64,000 nucleotides of DNA from assembly GCA_019135865.1 (NCBI GenBank), contig JAGVVD010000037.1, positions 12,771 through 76,770 of the forward strand, written 5' to 3'. A model generated the notes under the pieces. That model made no database searches and had not been told where the DNA came from. It saw nothing but the letters and a program-made list of their open reading frames with translations. The translations under genes were made by a program, and so were the position numbers. The stretch comes from Elusimicrobiota bacterium. Lineage in GTDB: Bacteria; Elusimicrobiota; Elusimicrobia; Elusimicrobiales; UBA9959. Shown piece by piece: positions 23,185 through 35,800 of this stretch. Numbering within the stretch: the first letter of the stretch is position 1; each line of letters begins with the position of its first letter.

Positions 23185-24225
23185 ATGATGAAAGCGATAG
23201 TCAAAGCCTCCCGTTCCGCCGGGGCCAGGCTCGCGCAGGTGCCGATACCGCAGATAGCCCCCGACGAGCTGCTGGTGCGCGTGCACAGCGCCTCGCTCTC
23301 CCCGGCCGACCTGGCCGCCTGGTCCTGGAAAGGCTGGATCAAGGAGCGCATGAAGCTCCCCCGGGTGCTCGGCCGGGAGTTCTGCGGCGAGGTGGTGGAG
23401 ATAGGCGAACAGGCCAGGGGCTTCGCCAAGGGAGATTTCGTCTCGGCCGAATCCCACGTTTTCTGCGGCCAGTGCTACCAGTGCCGCAACGACCAGCGCC
23501 ACGTCTGCTCCAACCTGAAGGTGCTGGGCCTGGACGTGGACGGCGGCCTGGCCGAGTACGCCCGCGTCCCGGCGCGCTGCGCCTGGAAGCACAACGACGA
23601 GACGCTCAAGGAGATGGGCGCCCTGCTGGAACCCTTCGGCAACGCCGTGCACGCGGTGCAGGTCGAGGACGTGGTGGGCAGGTCGGTCCTGGTCACCAGC
23701 TGCTGCCCCCAGGGCCTCTTCGCCATAGCCGTGGCCAAGGCCGGCGGCGCCAAGCCGGTGATAGCCCTGGAAAGTTCGGCCTACCGCCGTTCGCTGGCTA
23801 AGAAGATGGGGGCCGACACCATCATAGACCCGTCGGCCAAAGGCGCGCTGGAGAAAGTGCTCAAGGCCGCCGGCGGCCGCGGCGGCGTGGACGCCGTGCT
23901 GGAGATGTCCGGCGAGCACCGCGCGATAGACCTGGGGCTCAAGGCGCTGCGCCCCGGCGGCCGCTTCACGGCCTTCGGCATCCCCGAGACCGCCCCGTCG
24001 CTGGACTACGCCGGCGGCCTGGCCTTCAAGGGCGCGCGCCTCTACGGCATTTCCGGCCGCGAGATCTTCGCGACCTGGTACCGCGTGGAGAACCTGCTCC
24101 GGTCGGGCGCCGTCGACATCCGGCCGGTCGTCACGCACACGCTGCCTTTCGCCGACCACCGCAAAGCTTTCGCCATGATACTTTCCCGGGAGAAGAAATG
24201 CGGGAAGGTGATACTCAAACCGTGA
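23185..24225 (+). CDS. L-threonine 3-dehydrogenase homolog (MDR family) with degenerate catalytic-zinc and NAD-binding motifs
   Basis: Collinear with E. coli Tdh as I recall it (EPFGNAVHAV, GREIFATWYRVENLLRSG, THTLPF, GKVILKP). The structural-zinc Cys cluster CGQCYQCRNDQRHVC is present. However AICGTD reads SLSPAD, GHEY reads GREF and GAGPIG reads SCCPQG. AAGGAG lies upstream of the ATG. Confidence 0.8.
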   Translation: MMKAIVKASRSAGARLAQVPIPQIAPDELLVRVHSASLSPADLAAWSWKGWIKERMKLPRVLGREFCGEVVEIGEQARGFAKGDFVSAESHVFCGQCYQCRNDQRHVCSNLKVLGLDVDGGLAEYARVPARCAWKHNDETLKEMGALLEPFGNAVHAVQVEDVVGRSVLVTSCCPQGLFAIAVAKAGGAKPVIALESSAYRRSLAKKMGADTIIDPSAKGALEKVLKAAGGRGGVDAVLEMSGEHRAIDLGLKALRPGGRFTAFGIPETAPSLDYAGGLAFKGARLYGISGREIFATWYRVENLLRSGAVDIRPVVTHTLPFADHRKAFAMILSREKKCGKVILKP

Positions 24226-24260
24226 ACGGAGGACGCTCGCATATGCTCAAGGAGGGAACT

Positions 24261-25451
24261 ATGGGCTTCGAAACTCTCAAATTCGCCGGGGAGGAGGTGG
24301 CCGCTCTTAAAAAGGAGAACCGCTTCCTGCGGCCGCGCGTGCTGGAATCGGCCCAGGAGCCGGTCTCGGTCATCGACGGCAAGAAGGTGGTCAACCTGAC
24401 CTCCAACAATTATCTCGCGCTGGCCAACGACCCCAAGGTCAAGAAGGCCGCCATAGAAGCCATAGAGAAGTACGGCGTGGGCTCGGCCGCCGTGCGCACC
24501 ATCATCGGCACGATGTCGCTGCACAAGGAGCTCGAGGAGAAATTCGCCGCCTTCAAGCACGCCGAGGCGTCGATACTGTTCCAGAGCGGCTTCACCTCCA
24601 ACGTGGCCGTCTGCCAGTCGCTGATGTCCACCGACCAGGACCTGCTGATCTCCGACGAGCTCAACCACGCCTCCATCATAGACGGCGCGCGGCTGGCCAG
24701 GTCCCCGCGGAAGATCTACCGCCACAAGGACGTGAAGCACCTGACGGAGATCCTCGAATCCCCCGAGGCGCGCAAGGCCCGCCGCAAGATGGTGGTCACC
24801 GACGGCGTCTTCTCGATGGACGGCGACGTGGCCAACCTCGACGAGATCGTGGACGTCTGCCACCGCTACGGCGCCTTCGTCATGGTGGACGACGCGCACG
24901 CCAGCGGCGTCATCGGCAAGGAGGGCCGCGGCACGGTCAGCCACTTCGGCCTCGACGGCAAGGTCGAGATACAGATCGGCACGCTGTCCAAGGCCTTCGC
25001 CGCCGTCGGCGGCTACGCCGCCACCACGCGGGACCTGCGCGACTACCTGGGCTCGGTGGCCCGGCCTTTCCTGTTCTCGAGCTCCCAGCCGCCGTCGGTG
25101 GCGGCCTCCTGCCTGGCCGTGCTCGACATACTGCTCAGCGACCCGTCGTACCTCAAGCGGCTCTGGGACAATACCGCTTTCTTCAAGGAGGAGATGAAGA
25201 AGGCGGGCTTCGACACCGGCGAGTCGGTCACGCCGATAACGCCGGTCATGATCGGCGACATGGACAAGGCAAAGGCCCTCTCGGCCAGGCTCTTCGACGA
25301 GGGCGTCTTCGCCCTGCCGCTGGGCTTCCCGACGGTACCCAAGGGCAAGGAGCGGCTGCGCACCATCGTCACGGCCGGTCACACGGTCAAGGACCTGGAA
25401 TTCGCCGTGGAAAAGTTCAGGAAATGCGGGAAGGAACTGGGCGTGATCTGA
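24261..25451 (+). CDS. kbl: 2-amino-3-ketobutyrate CoA ligase (glycine C-acetyltransferase)
   Basis: LTSNNYLALANDP, VRTIIGT...LHKELE, MVDDAHASGVIGKEGRG and QIGTLSKAFAAVGGY (PLP-Lys). 396 aa, start at ATG 24261 with AAGGAGGG upstream. It sits directly downstream of the tdh-like gene. Confidence 0.92.
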   Translation: MGFETLKFAGEEVAALKKENRFLRPRVLESAQEPVSVIDGKKVVNLTSNNYLALANDPKVKKAAIEAIEKYGVGSAAVRTIIGTMSLHKELEEKFAAFKHAEASILFQSGFTSNVAVCQSLMSTDQDLLISDELNHASIIDGARLARSPRKIYRHKDVKHLTEILESPEARKARRKMVVTDGVFSMDGDVANLDEIVDVCHRYGAFVMVDDAHASGVIGKEGRGTVSHFGLDGKVEIQIGTLSKAFAAVGGYAATTRDLRDYLGSVARPFLFSSSQPPSVAASCLAVLDILLSDPSYLKRLWDNTAFFKEEMKKAGFDTGESVTPITPVMIGDMDKAKALSARLFDEGVFALPLGFPTVPKGKERLRTIVTAGHTVKDLEFAVEKFRKCGKELGVI

Positions 25452-25468
25452 GCCCGGCGTCTTAAACT

Positions 25469-25502
25469 AAAAAGAGCCGCGGCAACGCGGCTCTTTTATT
25501 TT
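25469..25502. terminator. Bidirectional intrinsic terminator
   Basis: Stem agagccgcg (25473-25481) pairs with cgcggctct (25486-25494) across the loop gcaa. It is flanked by an A-run (25469-25473) and tttatttt (25495-25502), between convergent kbl and the purH-like gene. Confidence 0.8.
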
Positions 25503-25514
25503 CCGGAAAAACCC

Positions 25515-26996
25515 TCAGTGTCGCACGTGGCGCAGGCCGGTGAAGACCATGGCCGCGCCTTTGGAGTCGCAAAGTTCGACGCAGGCCGCGTCCTCCACCC
25601 AGCCGCCGGGCTGCATTATCGCCTTCACCCCGAAGTTGAGCGCCTCCGCCACCGTATTGAGCGGCAGGGGAGCGTCGGCCGCCAGGACCACCGGGTCATG
25701 GGGGTCTATTATCGGGTGCTTTTCCTTCGCCTTCATGGCGGCCAGCCGGAAGCTGTCCAGCGTGGACGGCTGGCCCGAACCTATGGCCACCGTGGCCTGG
25801 CCCTGCGCCAGCGTTATGGCGTAAGTCCTGGCGTGTTTCGCCGCCCGCCAGGCCAGCGACAGCGAGGCGTATTCGATGGCCGAAGGCTTGCGCTTCGACG
25901 CGATCCTGGGCGCCGGGGGTTCGGTGACCGAATCGCTCTCTTCTATCAGCAGGCCGCCCGAGATCTTGTGAATGCCGGCCTCGCCCGCCGAGAGCAGGGC
26001 CGAGGGCATGGAGGTGATGCGCAGGTCCTCCCTGAGGCGCAGTATCTCCAGCGCTTCTTTGGAGTATTCGGGAGCGATGACGCTCTCCACCAGTTCGCCC
26101 GAGATGGCCTGGGCCGCCTCGGCGTCCACGGGGCGGTTGAAGGCCGCGGTGCCGCCGAAAGCGCCGCGCGGATCGGCGCGGAAAGCGGCCCGGAAGGCCT
26201 CGGCCGGGTTCGCCGCGCAGGCGACGGCGCAGGGCGAGCGATGCTTGACCACCGCGCAGGCCGGTTCCTCGAATTCGGCCGCCAGCTCGAAGGCGCAGTC
26301 GAGGTCGAGATAATGGTTGAGATTGAGAGGGAAGCCCTGGAGGATACTGGCGGCGTTGAGCCCCCAGGGGCGCGCGCCGCTGAGCGAATAGAAGGCGGCC
26401 CGCTGATGCCTGTTCTCGCCGTAGGACAGGGCGCAGACCTTCTTCAGCGCCATGGAGAGTTCCGGCGGCAGCGCCGCGGCGGCCGAAGGGCTCAGGTACT
26501 GGGCGACCGTGGCGTCGTAATAGGCGCAGTAGCCCCAGGCCTTGGCGGCCAGAGCGCGCAGCCGCTCCTCCGGCAGGCCGCCGAACTCGCGCAGCGCGTC
26601 GAGCACGGCGCCGTAGTCGGAGGGATCGCAGACGACCGCGGTATCGCGGAACGAGCGCGCGGCGGCGCGCATCACGGCGGAATTGGAAACGTCCAGGTAA
26701 TCGGGCAGCTCCTCCAGCGTGAAGGCGTCCTGGCGGACTATCTTGGCTATGGGGTAGAGGTTGCAGGCCACGAGATACGGCTTTTCCACCGCCGCGCCGC
26801 CGCCGGAGAGGGCTTTGATGACCTCGGAAGCCAGCGGAGCCGAATCGGGAACCTCTTCGGCGTCCACCTCGGCCTGCCGCAGCAGCTTCAGCGTGGAGCC
26901 CGACGACCAGACCTCGTAGCCCAGTTCCGTCAGCCCGTGCGCGAACTCGGCTATCCCGGTCTTATCGTGCACGCTTATATACGCGATCTTTTCCAT
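25515..26996 (-). CDS. purH: PurH-like protein (AICAR transformylase domain conserved; IMP cyclohydrolase/MGS-like domain degenerate)
   Basis: N-terminus YISVHDKTGIAEFAHGL (MGS-like). ACAVVKHRSPCAVA corresponds to VKHANPCG. Also FGGTAAFNRPVD, IMQPGG, and the C-terminal FTGLRHVRH corresponding to FTxMRHFRH. The GRVKTLHPKVHGGIL segment of canonical PurH is absent. Confidence 0.8.
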   Translation of the reverse strand: MEKIAYISVHDKTGIAEFAHGLTELGYEVWSSGSTLKLLRQAEVDAEEVPDSAPLASEVIKALSGGGAAVEKPYLVACNLYPIAKIVRQDAFTLEELPDYLDVSNSAVMRAAARSFRDTAVVCDPSDYGAVLDALREFGGLPEERLRALAAKAWGYCAYYDATVAQYLSPSAAAALPPELSMALKKVCALSYGENRHQRAAFYSLSGARPWGLNAASILQGFPLNLNHYLDLDCAFELAAEFEEPACAVVKHRSPCAVACAANPAEAFRAAFRADPRGAFGGTAAFNRPVDAEAAQAISGELVESVIAPEYSKEALEILRLREDLRITSMPSALLSAGEAGIHKISGGLLIEESDSVTEPPAPRIASKRKPSAIEYASLSLAWRAAKHARTYAITLAQGQATVAIGSGQPSTLDSFRLAAMKAKEKHPIIDPHDPVVLAADAPLPLNTVAEALNFGVKAIMQPGGWVEDAACVELCDSKGAAMVFTGLRHVRH

Positions 26997-27047
26997 AATA
27001 AAATGCGAATTATTCCGGTCCGCCGTAACGGCCCCGCTTTAAGGAAA

Positions 27048-27190
27048 AACTACCGGGGTCCTGTCGGCGGTTCGCTCCGAAAAAGCAGGGTCTCGCACAC
27101 CGTGCTCGCCCTTCCGACCCTCGCCGCTCGCGCTTACGCAAGCTCGCGGCTCCGGACGGTTTTTCTCCGCGAATCCGCCGCCACCCCCAT
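27048..27190 (+). repeat. Intergenic structured repeat, A-type unit (copy 4)
   Basis: aactaccggggtcctgtcggcggttcgctccgaaaaagcagggtctcgcacaccgtgctcgcccttccgaccctcgccgctcgcgcttacgcaagctcgcggctccggacggtttttctccgcgaatccgccgccaccccc. By eye ~85% identical to 13215-13362. Its internal arms can pair (27065-27075 with 27169-27180). Confidence 0.85.
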
Positions 27191-27224
27191 TGTTTCCCGA
27201 TTTGCGCGGGGCCGCCATAAAGAG

Positions 27225-29832
<2,608 letters not shown>

Positions 29833-30016
29833 AAAAGGCGTCCGCGCTCTCCCTGCCCCGAAACTCTGGTAAAGAACCCGTCTGGACCGTCCGGGGCTGC
29901 GCCTCCGTCGGCCCGTTGCGCATATAATGATAGCAAATAAAGACAAAATGTTATAAACTTGCGGGGATGGGCCGGGGGACCCTCAGGCCAAAGCCCCGGC
30001 GGACAGGAGGAGAACA

Positions 30017-30766
30017 ATGTACGGATATCTTCCGCTTATAGTCATTCTCGTGGTGGTGCTGATAAGCAGCATCAAGGTGCTCAACGAATACGAACGCGGC
30101 GTGATGCTGACGTTCGGCCGCTTCACCGGGGTGAAGGGCCCCGGCATCATCATCGTTATCCCGATGGTACAGGAGATCTTCAGGATCAGCACCCGCGTCG
30201 TGGTGCTCGACGTGCCCCCGCAGGACGTGATCACCCGCGACAACATCTCGGTCAAGGTCAACGCCGTGGTCTACTTCCGCGTCGTCAACCCCCAGTCCGC
30301 GGTGCTCAACGTCGAGAACTTCATGTACGCCACCAGCCAGCTCTCGCAGACGACCCTGCGCAGCGTGCTCGGCCAGCAGGAGCTCGACGACCTCCTGGCT
30401 CAGCGCGACAAGATCAACCAGAACCTGCAGCAGATACTCGACCAGCACACCGAGCCCTGGGGCATAAAGGTCTCCAGCGTCGAAGTGAAGAACGTGGACC
30501 TGCCGCAGGAGATGCAGCGCGCCATAGCCCGCCAGGCCGAGGCCGAGCGCGAACGCCGCGCCAAGGTCATACACGCGGAAGGCGAATTCCAGGCCGCGCA
30601 GAAGCTCTCGGACGCCGCGTCCATCATAGGGCAGAACCCCGCGGCCATACAGCTGCGCTACCTGCAGACGCTGACGGAGGTGGCCACCGAGCGCAACTCG
30701 ACCACCATCTTCCCGATACCGATAGACATCATAACCCAGTTCCTCAACAAGAAGAGCCAGAACTGA
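30017..30766 (+). CDS. SPFH/band-7 (stomatin/prohibitin-like) membrane protein
   Basis: An N-terminal TM segment followed by [29 protein letters not shown]...[25 protein letters not shown]...[23 protein letters not shown]. Confidence 0.92.
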   Translation: MYGYLPLIVILVVVLISSIKVLNEYERGVMLTFGRFTGVKGPGIIIVIPMVQEIFRISTRVVVLDVPPQDVITRDNISVKVNAVVYFRVVNPQSAVLNVENFMYATSQLSQTTLRSVLGQQELDDLLAQRDKINQNLQQILDQHTEPWGIKVSSVEVKNVDLPQEMQRAIARQAEAERERRAKVIHAEGEFQAAQKLSDAASIIGQNPAAIQLRYLQTLTEVATERNSTTIFPIPIDIITQFLNKKSQN

Positions 30767-30835
30767 ACAATGACCGCATGAAGCCGGGGCAGGGAGCCGC
30801 GACGGCGGACCCTGCCCCCTGTTTTTAGGGACCTT

Positions 30836-31915
30836 ATGCCGGGACTGTATATACACGTGCCCTTCTGCCGCTCCAAGTGCGGCTACTGCGACTTCTATTC
30901 CGTGCCTGGCGCCGGAGAGGAGTCCATGGACCGCTGGCTGGACGCGCTGGAGGCCGAGGCCTCCTTCTACCGGGGCTTCAGGGCGGACACTCTTTTCATA
31001 GGCGGCGGCACGCCCAGCGTCCTGCCGCCCGACAGGCTGGCCAGGCTGCTCTCGCTGACCCGCTCCTTCGCGGCCGGCGGGACCTTCGCGGAGGCGACGA
31101 TGGAAGTGAACCCCGGCAGTCTCGACAGGGATAAGGCGGACGCCATGGCCGAAGGAGGCCTGAACAGGGTCAGCATGGGGATGCAGAGCGATTCCCCCCG
31201 CGTCCTCGGGGTCCTGCGCAGGGAACCCGGCGACGTGAAGGCCGCTTTCAGGACGCTGAGGGAGGCCGGTTTCGGCAATATCAGCCTGGACCTTATGACC
31301 GGCATCCCGTCACAGACGGGCGGGGAACTGCGCTCTTCCCTCGGGGCGGCGCTGGAACTCGGACCGGAACATATTTCGGTATATCCGCTGGAGATACACG
31401 GCGGCACCCCGCTCGGGGAGGCGGGCCTGGCCGAGGAGCCCGACGGCGCCGAGGAGGGCTGGCGCCTCGCCTCGGCGGAGCTGGGGAAGGCCGGTTACGC
31501 CCGCTACGAGATCTCCAATTTCGCCAGGCCCGGCCGCGAGTGCCTCCACAATCTGAACTACTGGAAAGGGGGCGATTACCTGGGACTGGGGCCCGCGGCC
31601 GCGTCGCATTTCTCCGGGCTTAGATACACGACGGTCCCGGACCTCGGCTCCTATTGTTCCGCCCTGGAAGCGGGGAACCAGCCCCCCAGGTCGGCGCTGG
31701 AGCTGCTCTCTCCCCGCCAGCGGGCGGGCGAACGCATAATGCTGGGTCTGAGGCTGGCGGAGGGAATTGAAGCGTCGGACCCTATATTTATAGAATTCAG
31801 GGAGGAGCTGGAGGAGCTCCTCTCCGCCGGACGCCTGGAAGCGCGGGGAGGAAGGATAGCGCTCCCCGAAAACGACCTTTATGTCTGCAATTCCGCGCTC
31901 GCCAGATTCGTCTGA
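30836..31915 (+). CDS. hemW: Radical SAM heme chaperone HemW / HemN-like coproporphyrinogen oxidase family
   Basis: LYIHVPFCRSKCGYCDFYS (CxxxCxxC), TLFIGGGTPS, NRVSMGMQS and a C-terminal HemN_C-like region. Confidence 0.88.
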   Translation: MPGLYIHVPFCRSKCGYCDFYSVPGAGEESMDRWLDALEAEASFYRGFRADTLFIGGGTPSVLPPDRLARLLSLTRSFAAGGTFAEATMEVNPGSLDRDKADAMAEGGLNRVSMGMQSDSPRVLGVLRREPGDVKAAFRTLREAGFGNISLDLMTGIPSQTGGELRSSLGAALELGPEHISVYPLEIHGGTPLGEAGLAEEPDGAEEGWRLASAELGKAGYARYEISNFARPGRECLHNLNYWKGGDYLGLGPAAASHFSGLRYTTVPDLGSYCSALEAGNQPPRSALELLSPRQRAGERIMLGLRLAEGIEASDPIFIEFREELEELLSAGRLEARGGRIALPENDLYVCNSALARFV

Positions 31916-31933
31916 ACGGCCGCGCGGTCTGAA

Positions 31934-32242
31934 ATGAAGATAAAACTGGACAGGGCCCGTTTCTGGATACGCAAGGACAGGGAGACTTACTTCCTGCCCG
32001 GCGTCATCCTGGCTTCGGTCATAGGCAGTTTCGTCTCCTCCTACTGGCATTTTACCGATATCATCAGCATCCGCCCCAAGATAGAAAGATCGGCCACCGC
32101 CCCTCCCCCCAGATCGGCGGAGCGCATCAAGGACGCCCAGCTCTACACCCCCCCTACGCTGGGCACCACCCGTTACTACCAGGTGGAGGAATACCTGCCT
32201 CATATCCCCGACCTCCCCGAGGACGAGTATGAGGACGATTAG
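31934..32242 (+). CDS. Hypothetical small membrane protein
   Basis: 102-aa ORF with one predicted TM segment (FLPGVILASVIGSFVSSYW) and an acidic tail. It overlaps the next ORF by 14 nt. No family recognised. Confidence 0.45.
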   Translation: MKIKLDRARFWIRKDRETYFLPGVILASVIGSFVSSYWHFTDIISIRPKIERSATAPPPRSAERIKDAQLYTPPTLGTTRYYQVEEYLPHIPDLPEDEYEDD

Positions 32243-32840
32243 CCTTCTGCTCCTCCTCTTCTGCGCCGCCGCCCCCGAAGCGTCGGCCCAGCGCGGACGC
32301 CTGGGCGAGGCCCTTCCCAAGGTGGAGGAACTGGAGCCGGAGCAGGCCGAGATAGCCGCCAGGCAGATAGAGCTCAGTTACGAGGACGCCGTGATGCTGG
32401 AGGACCCGATGCACGGCACCATAATGGTCTCCAAGCACCGCTGGAAAGGCTGGGTCGCGAGATCGGTCTACCTCCTGCTCGTCAGCATAGCCCTTACCGT
32501 CATTATCCTTTCCCTGCCCAAGAACGAGGAGCAGAACATCATCATCGCCTATTTCCTTTCCGGCTCCAGTTTTACCCTGGCCATCTGGGTCCTTTTCTGC
32601 GCTCTCCTGCTCCTGAAATGGCGCAACGCGGCCGCGGCGATGATCTTTCCCCTTTCCCTCACGATGTTCGCGGTCTCCTACGCGGTGCTCATGAGGATAA
32701 AGAAGTTCGACATTTCCCTGGCCGAGATCCGGGAGTCTTTCCAGAAGATGGCCAGGTCGAAGAGCGACGACCCGCGCCTGGCCTCCGTCTACGGGAAGCC
32801 CGGCGACTGGCCCGACGAGGACTTCATCAGGCAGCCCTGA
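32229..32840 (+). CDS. Hypothetical integral membrane protein
   Basis: Signal-like N-terminus MRTISLLLLLFCAAAPEASA and about four hydrophobic segments. GC is visibly lower. Its stop directly abuts the stop of the convergent 1032-aa gene (32840/32841). Confidence 0.55.
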   Translation: MRTISLLLLLFCAAAPEASAQRGRLGEALPKVEELEPEQAEIAARQIELSYEDAVMLEDPMHGTIMVSKHRWKGWVARSVYLLLVSIALTVIILSLPKNEEQNIIIAYFLSGSSFTLAIWVLFCALLLLKWRNAAAAMIFPLSLTMFAVSYAVLMRIKKFDISLAEIRESFQKMARSKSDDPRLASVYGKPGDWPDEDFIRQP

Positions 32841-35800
32841 TCATCGTCCGACGCCGCGCAGATAATCCTCTATTTCCTTCTTGCGCTCCTCGGGATAGCG
32901 TTCGCGCAGGGATTCCAGGACGCGGCGGCGCAGTTCGTCGGGAGGGACATAATCCCCCCCGCCCGGGATGCGGGCCCGGCCCCCGGACGGATCCGCCGGA
33001 GAACGGCCCGCGGCGGCGCCGGGCCGGGACAGTGCGGAGGCGGACGCGGAGTAGTCCGAGAGGTCCCGCCCGCCCTTCTCCAGCTCTTTCAGCGCGGCCT
33101 CCTGCGCCCGCAGGGCCGCCTCGAACTCCCGTTCCTTCAGCGCGGCCGCCGCGGTACGCATATGTCCCGCGGCCGCCGCGAATTTCTCCGCGGGACCGCC
33201 GCCCAGCGAAGGGAAGTCCCGTGCCGCCGCTTCCGCCCCGGAGGCCAGGCCGTCCGCGCGGACGGCGAGCTCCTCCTGCCTGGACGCGGCGGAAACCAGG
33301 AAAGCCGCGTCGCCGGGCTCCAGCAGACTCAAGGCGCCGAGCGCTTTCTCCAGCGCGGCCGCCTGCCGCTCCAGGCTGTCCATGAAAGGCTCCGCCGCGG
33401 CCGTAGTGGAGACCGAAAGAAGGCGGCCGGCTTCCTTTAATTTCGCCAGCGCCTCGGAAGGCAGCGCCGAGGACGAGAAAGCGACGGCGGACCGCACCTC
33501 CGCCGCGCCCGGGGCCGAGGGTCCCGCCGCGGAAAGCCATTGCGCGCCCAGCTCCGCGGCGAGGGCCAGATGAGGCCCGGCCCCGGCCGCGCGGCGGGAG
33601 AGCAGCGAATCGTGCCGGGAGCGGGTGTCCTCCAGGAGGGCGGCCTGGTCGGAGGCCAGTTCCGCGGCGGCCGCCGCCAGGGCCCCGGCTTCCGCCGAAG
33701 CCCGCCCCTGCGGCGAAGAGGCCGCCAGTTCCTCCATGCGCTCGGCCGCGACCCGGCGCGCCACGGCCAGTTTTTCCAGCAGCCTCCCCGCCTTCTCGAT
33801 GGCGGCGTCCAGGTCGCCGGCGGCCAGGTCCCCCGCCAGCGCCGAGGCCAGCTCCACCGCCGAGCCCAGCGGCAGGCGGTAGACGCGTCCTTCCGCCGGC
33901 GGCGCCGCGGGGACGCCGTCCAGCGCGGCCAGCAGCGCCGACAGCTCGGCGTTTATCCTCTCCAGCAGATTGTCGAGTTTTTCGCGCTTGAGGCTTCCCC
34001 CCTCCCTGGCGGAGAGCAGGTCCCGCTCCAGCTCCCTGGCGGCCGCTTCCGCATCCTCCAGCGAACCGGAGAGCTCGCCGGCGAAGAGCGCGCCGGCCGC
34101 CGCGTCCGCCTCCGCCGAGGCCTTCTCGAGGAAAGCCCTCAGCTGCGCGCCGAGCGAAGCGGTCCCGGCGGCGTCGCCGGCGGCCGCCGCCCGTTCGCGG
34201 GCGGGCACCCTTACGGAGGCTTCCTTTCCGGCGGGGCCGGCGAGCCCCGCCAGGGCCTTCCCCGCCGCCGCCGCGGCCGGGTCGCCGCCGCCCGCCGCGC
34301 CGGCTTCGCGCAGTGTCCCCGGCAGTTCCCGCCAGGCCGGACCGAGCTCCCCGAGCCCCCCGAAACCGCCGTCCGACTCCAGCCGCCCGGCGAAGTTCTC
34401 TTCGGCCAGACGCAGTTCCTCCAGCGCCGCCCTGGCGCGATAGACCGCGCCGGCCCCGCCGTCCGGCGCGGCCCCCGCCTTCAGTTCCAGCGGGGCGCTC
34501 AGTGCCCAGCCGGCGGAGGGATCGAAGTCGCGCGCCTTCACGCGGAAAGAAACGGCGGAGCCGGGCGCCGCGTCGTGCAGCGACAGGAATTCCTCCGCCA
34601 TGACGGAGCGCGGCCCCGGGGGAGAGGAGAGGAATACCGTGTACTCTTTTTCCGGGCCCGCGCCCCCGCGTACCAGCCTTATCTCCGCCACGCCGAGGTC
34701 GTCCGAGACTTCGTAGAGCAGCGCGACCGAGGCGCCGCCGCGCCCCCCGGCAGCGCCCAGCAGCGCCGGGACCGGGGCTGCGTCGGCCTCGAGTTCCAGG
34801 CTGATGATCACGCCCAGCGGGCTGCGGCGGCCGTCCTTTTCCGTGAACACGGCCTCGTAGGTGCCCGCAGCAGAGGGACGCAGCTCCAGTTCCCACTCGC
34901 CGCCGGGGGTCCTGGAGAAGGAGGAGCGTACCCCGCCCGGACCCGAGAGGAAGATACCGGCCGGCTCATAGGAGGGGACGGCTTCGAGCCTGAGCCGGCC
35001 GCCGGTCTTGAGGGAGGCGGAGGCGGGACAGTAGCCCGGCGAAGAAGAGGGCAGGCCCGAATAAAGCGGAGGGAAGAACTCGCAGGTCAGGGAGGAGAAG
35101 GACGGCGCCGGGACATGTTCCAGACGGTAGGTCCGCGTCCTGCGGCCCCTGAATTCCATGCGGTACTCCAGCCCGCTTGGGCCGGTCCTCACCTCCCTGC
35201 CGCAGGACCCGCCCGCGCAGGCGGACCACTCCCTGCGCCGCCAGCCGGAGCCTTCCCGGACGGACAGGGAGGGCTCGCCCGCCGAACCGTCGAGCCAGGA
35301 GGCGCGTATCGTCACGATCTCCCCTTCGCGCACGCGCGCGTCGCCCGGGCTGACGGCCAGAGAGAGTTCCAGCGGACCGTCGGCCGAAGGCAGCGCGACC
35401 CTCCTGAGCGAGGCGGGGACGAAGGCGGCGGAGAGCAGCAGCGCGGCGGCGGCCGCGGCCGCGCGGCCGCGGAGCGGCCGGTCCGCGGGCGGCAGCCGGA
35501 ACCCGTGCGCGGCCAGCAGCGCCGCGGTCTGGCGCAGGTGCTCGGCCCCGAAGGGGCCGGGCCGGCGCGCGCCGAGGGCGGCCAGGTCGGCCGCCGGGCC
35601 GATATGCAGCCGCAGCGGCGGCGAGGCGGAGGCTATCTCCGCGGCCAGCCGCGCGCGGTCCAGGGCGGCCAGGGGGCGCAGCAGGTCCGCGTAGAGCCGG
35701 AACAGCGCCCAGGCCAGGCAGAGCCCCAGGCCGGACAGGCGCAGCCGCCCGTCGAGGAAAAAGACGCGGTCGACCAGGGCGGCGGCGGAAAGGTAAAAGA

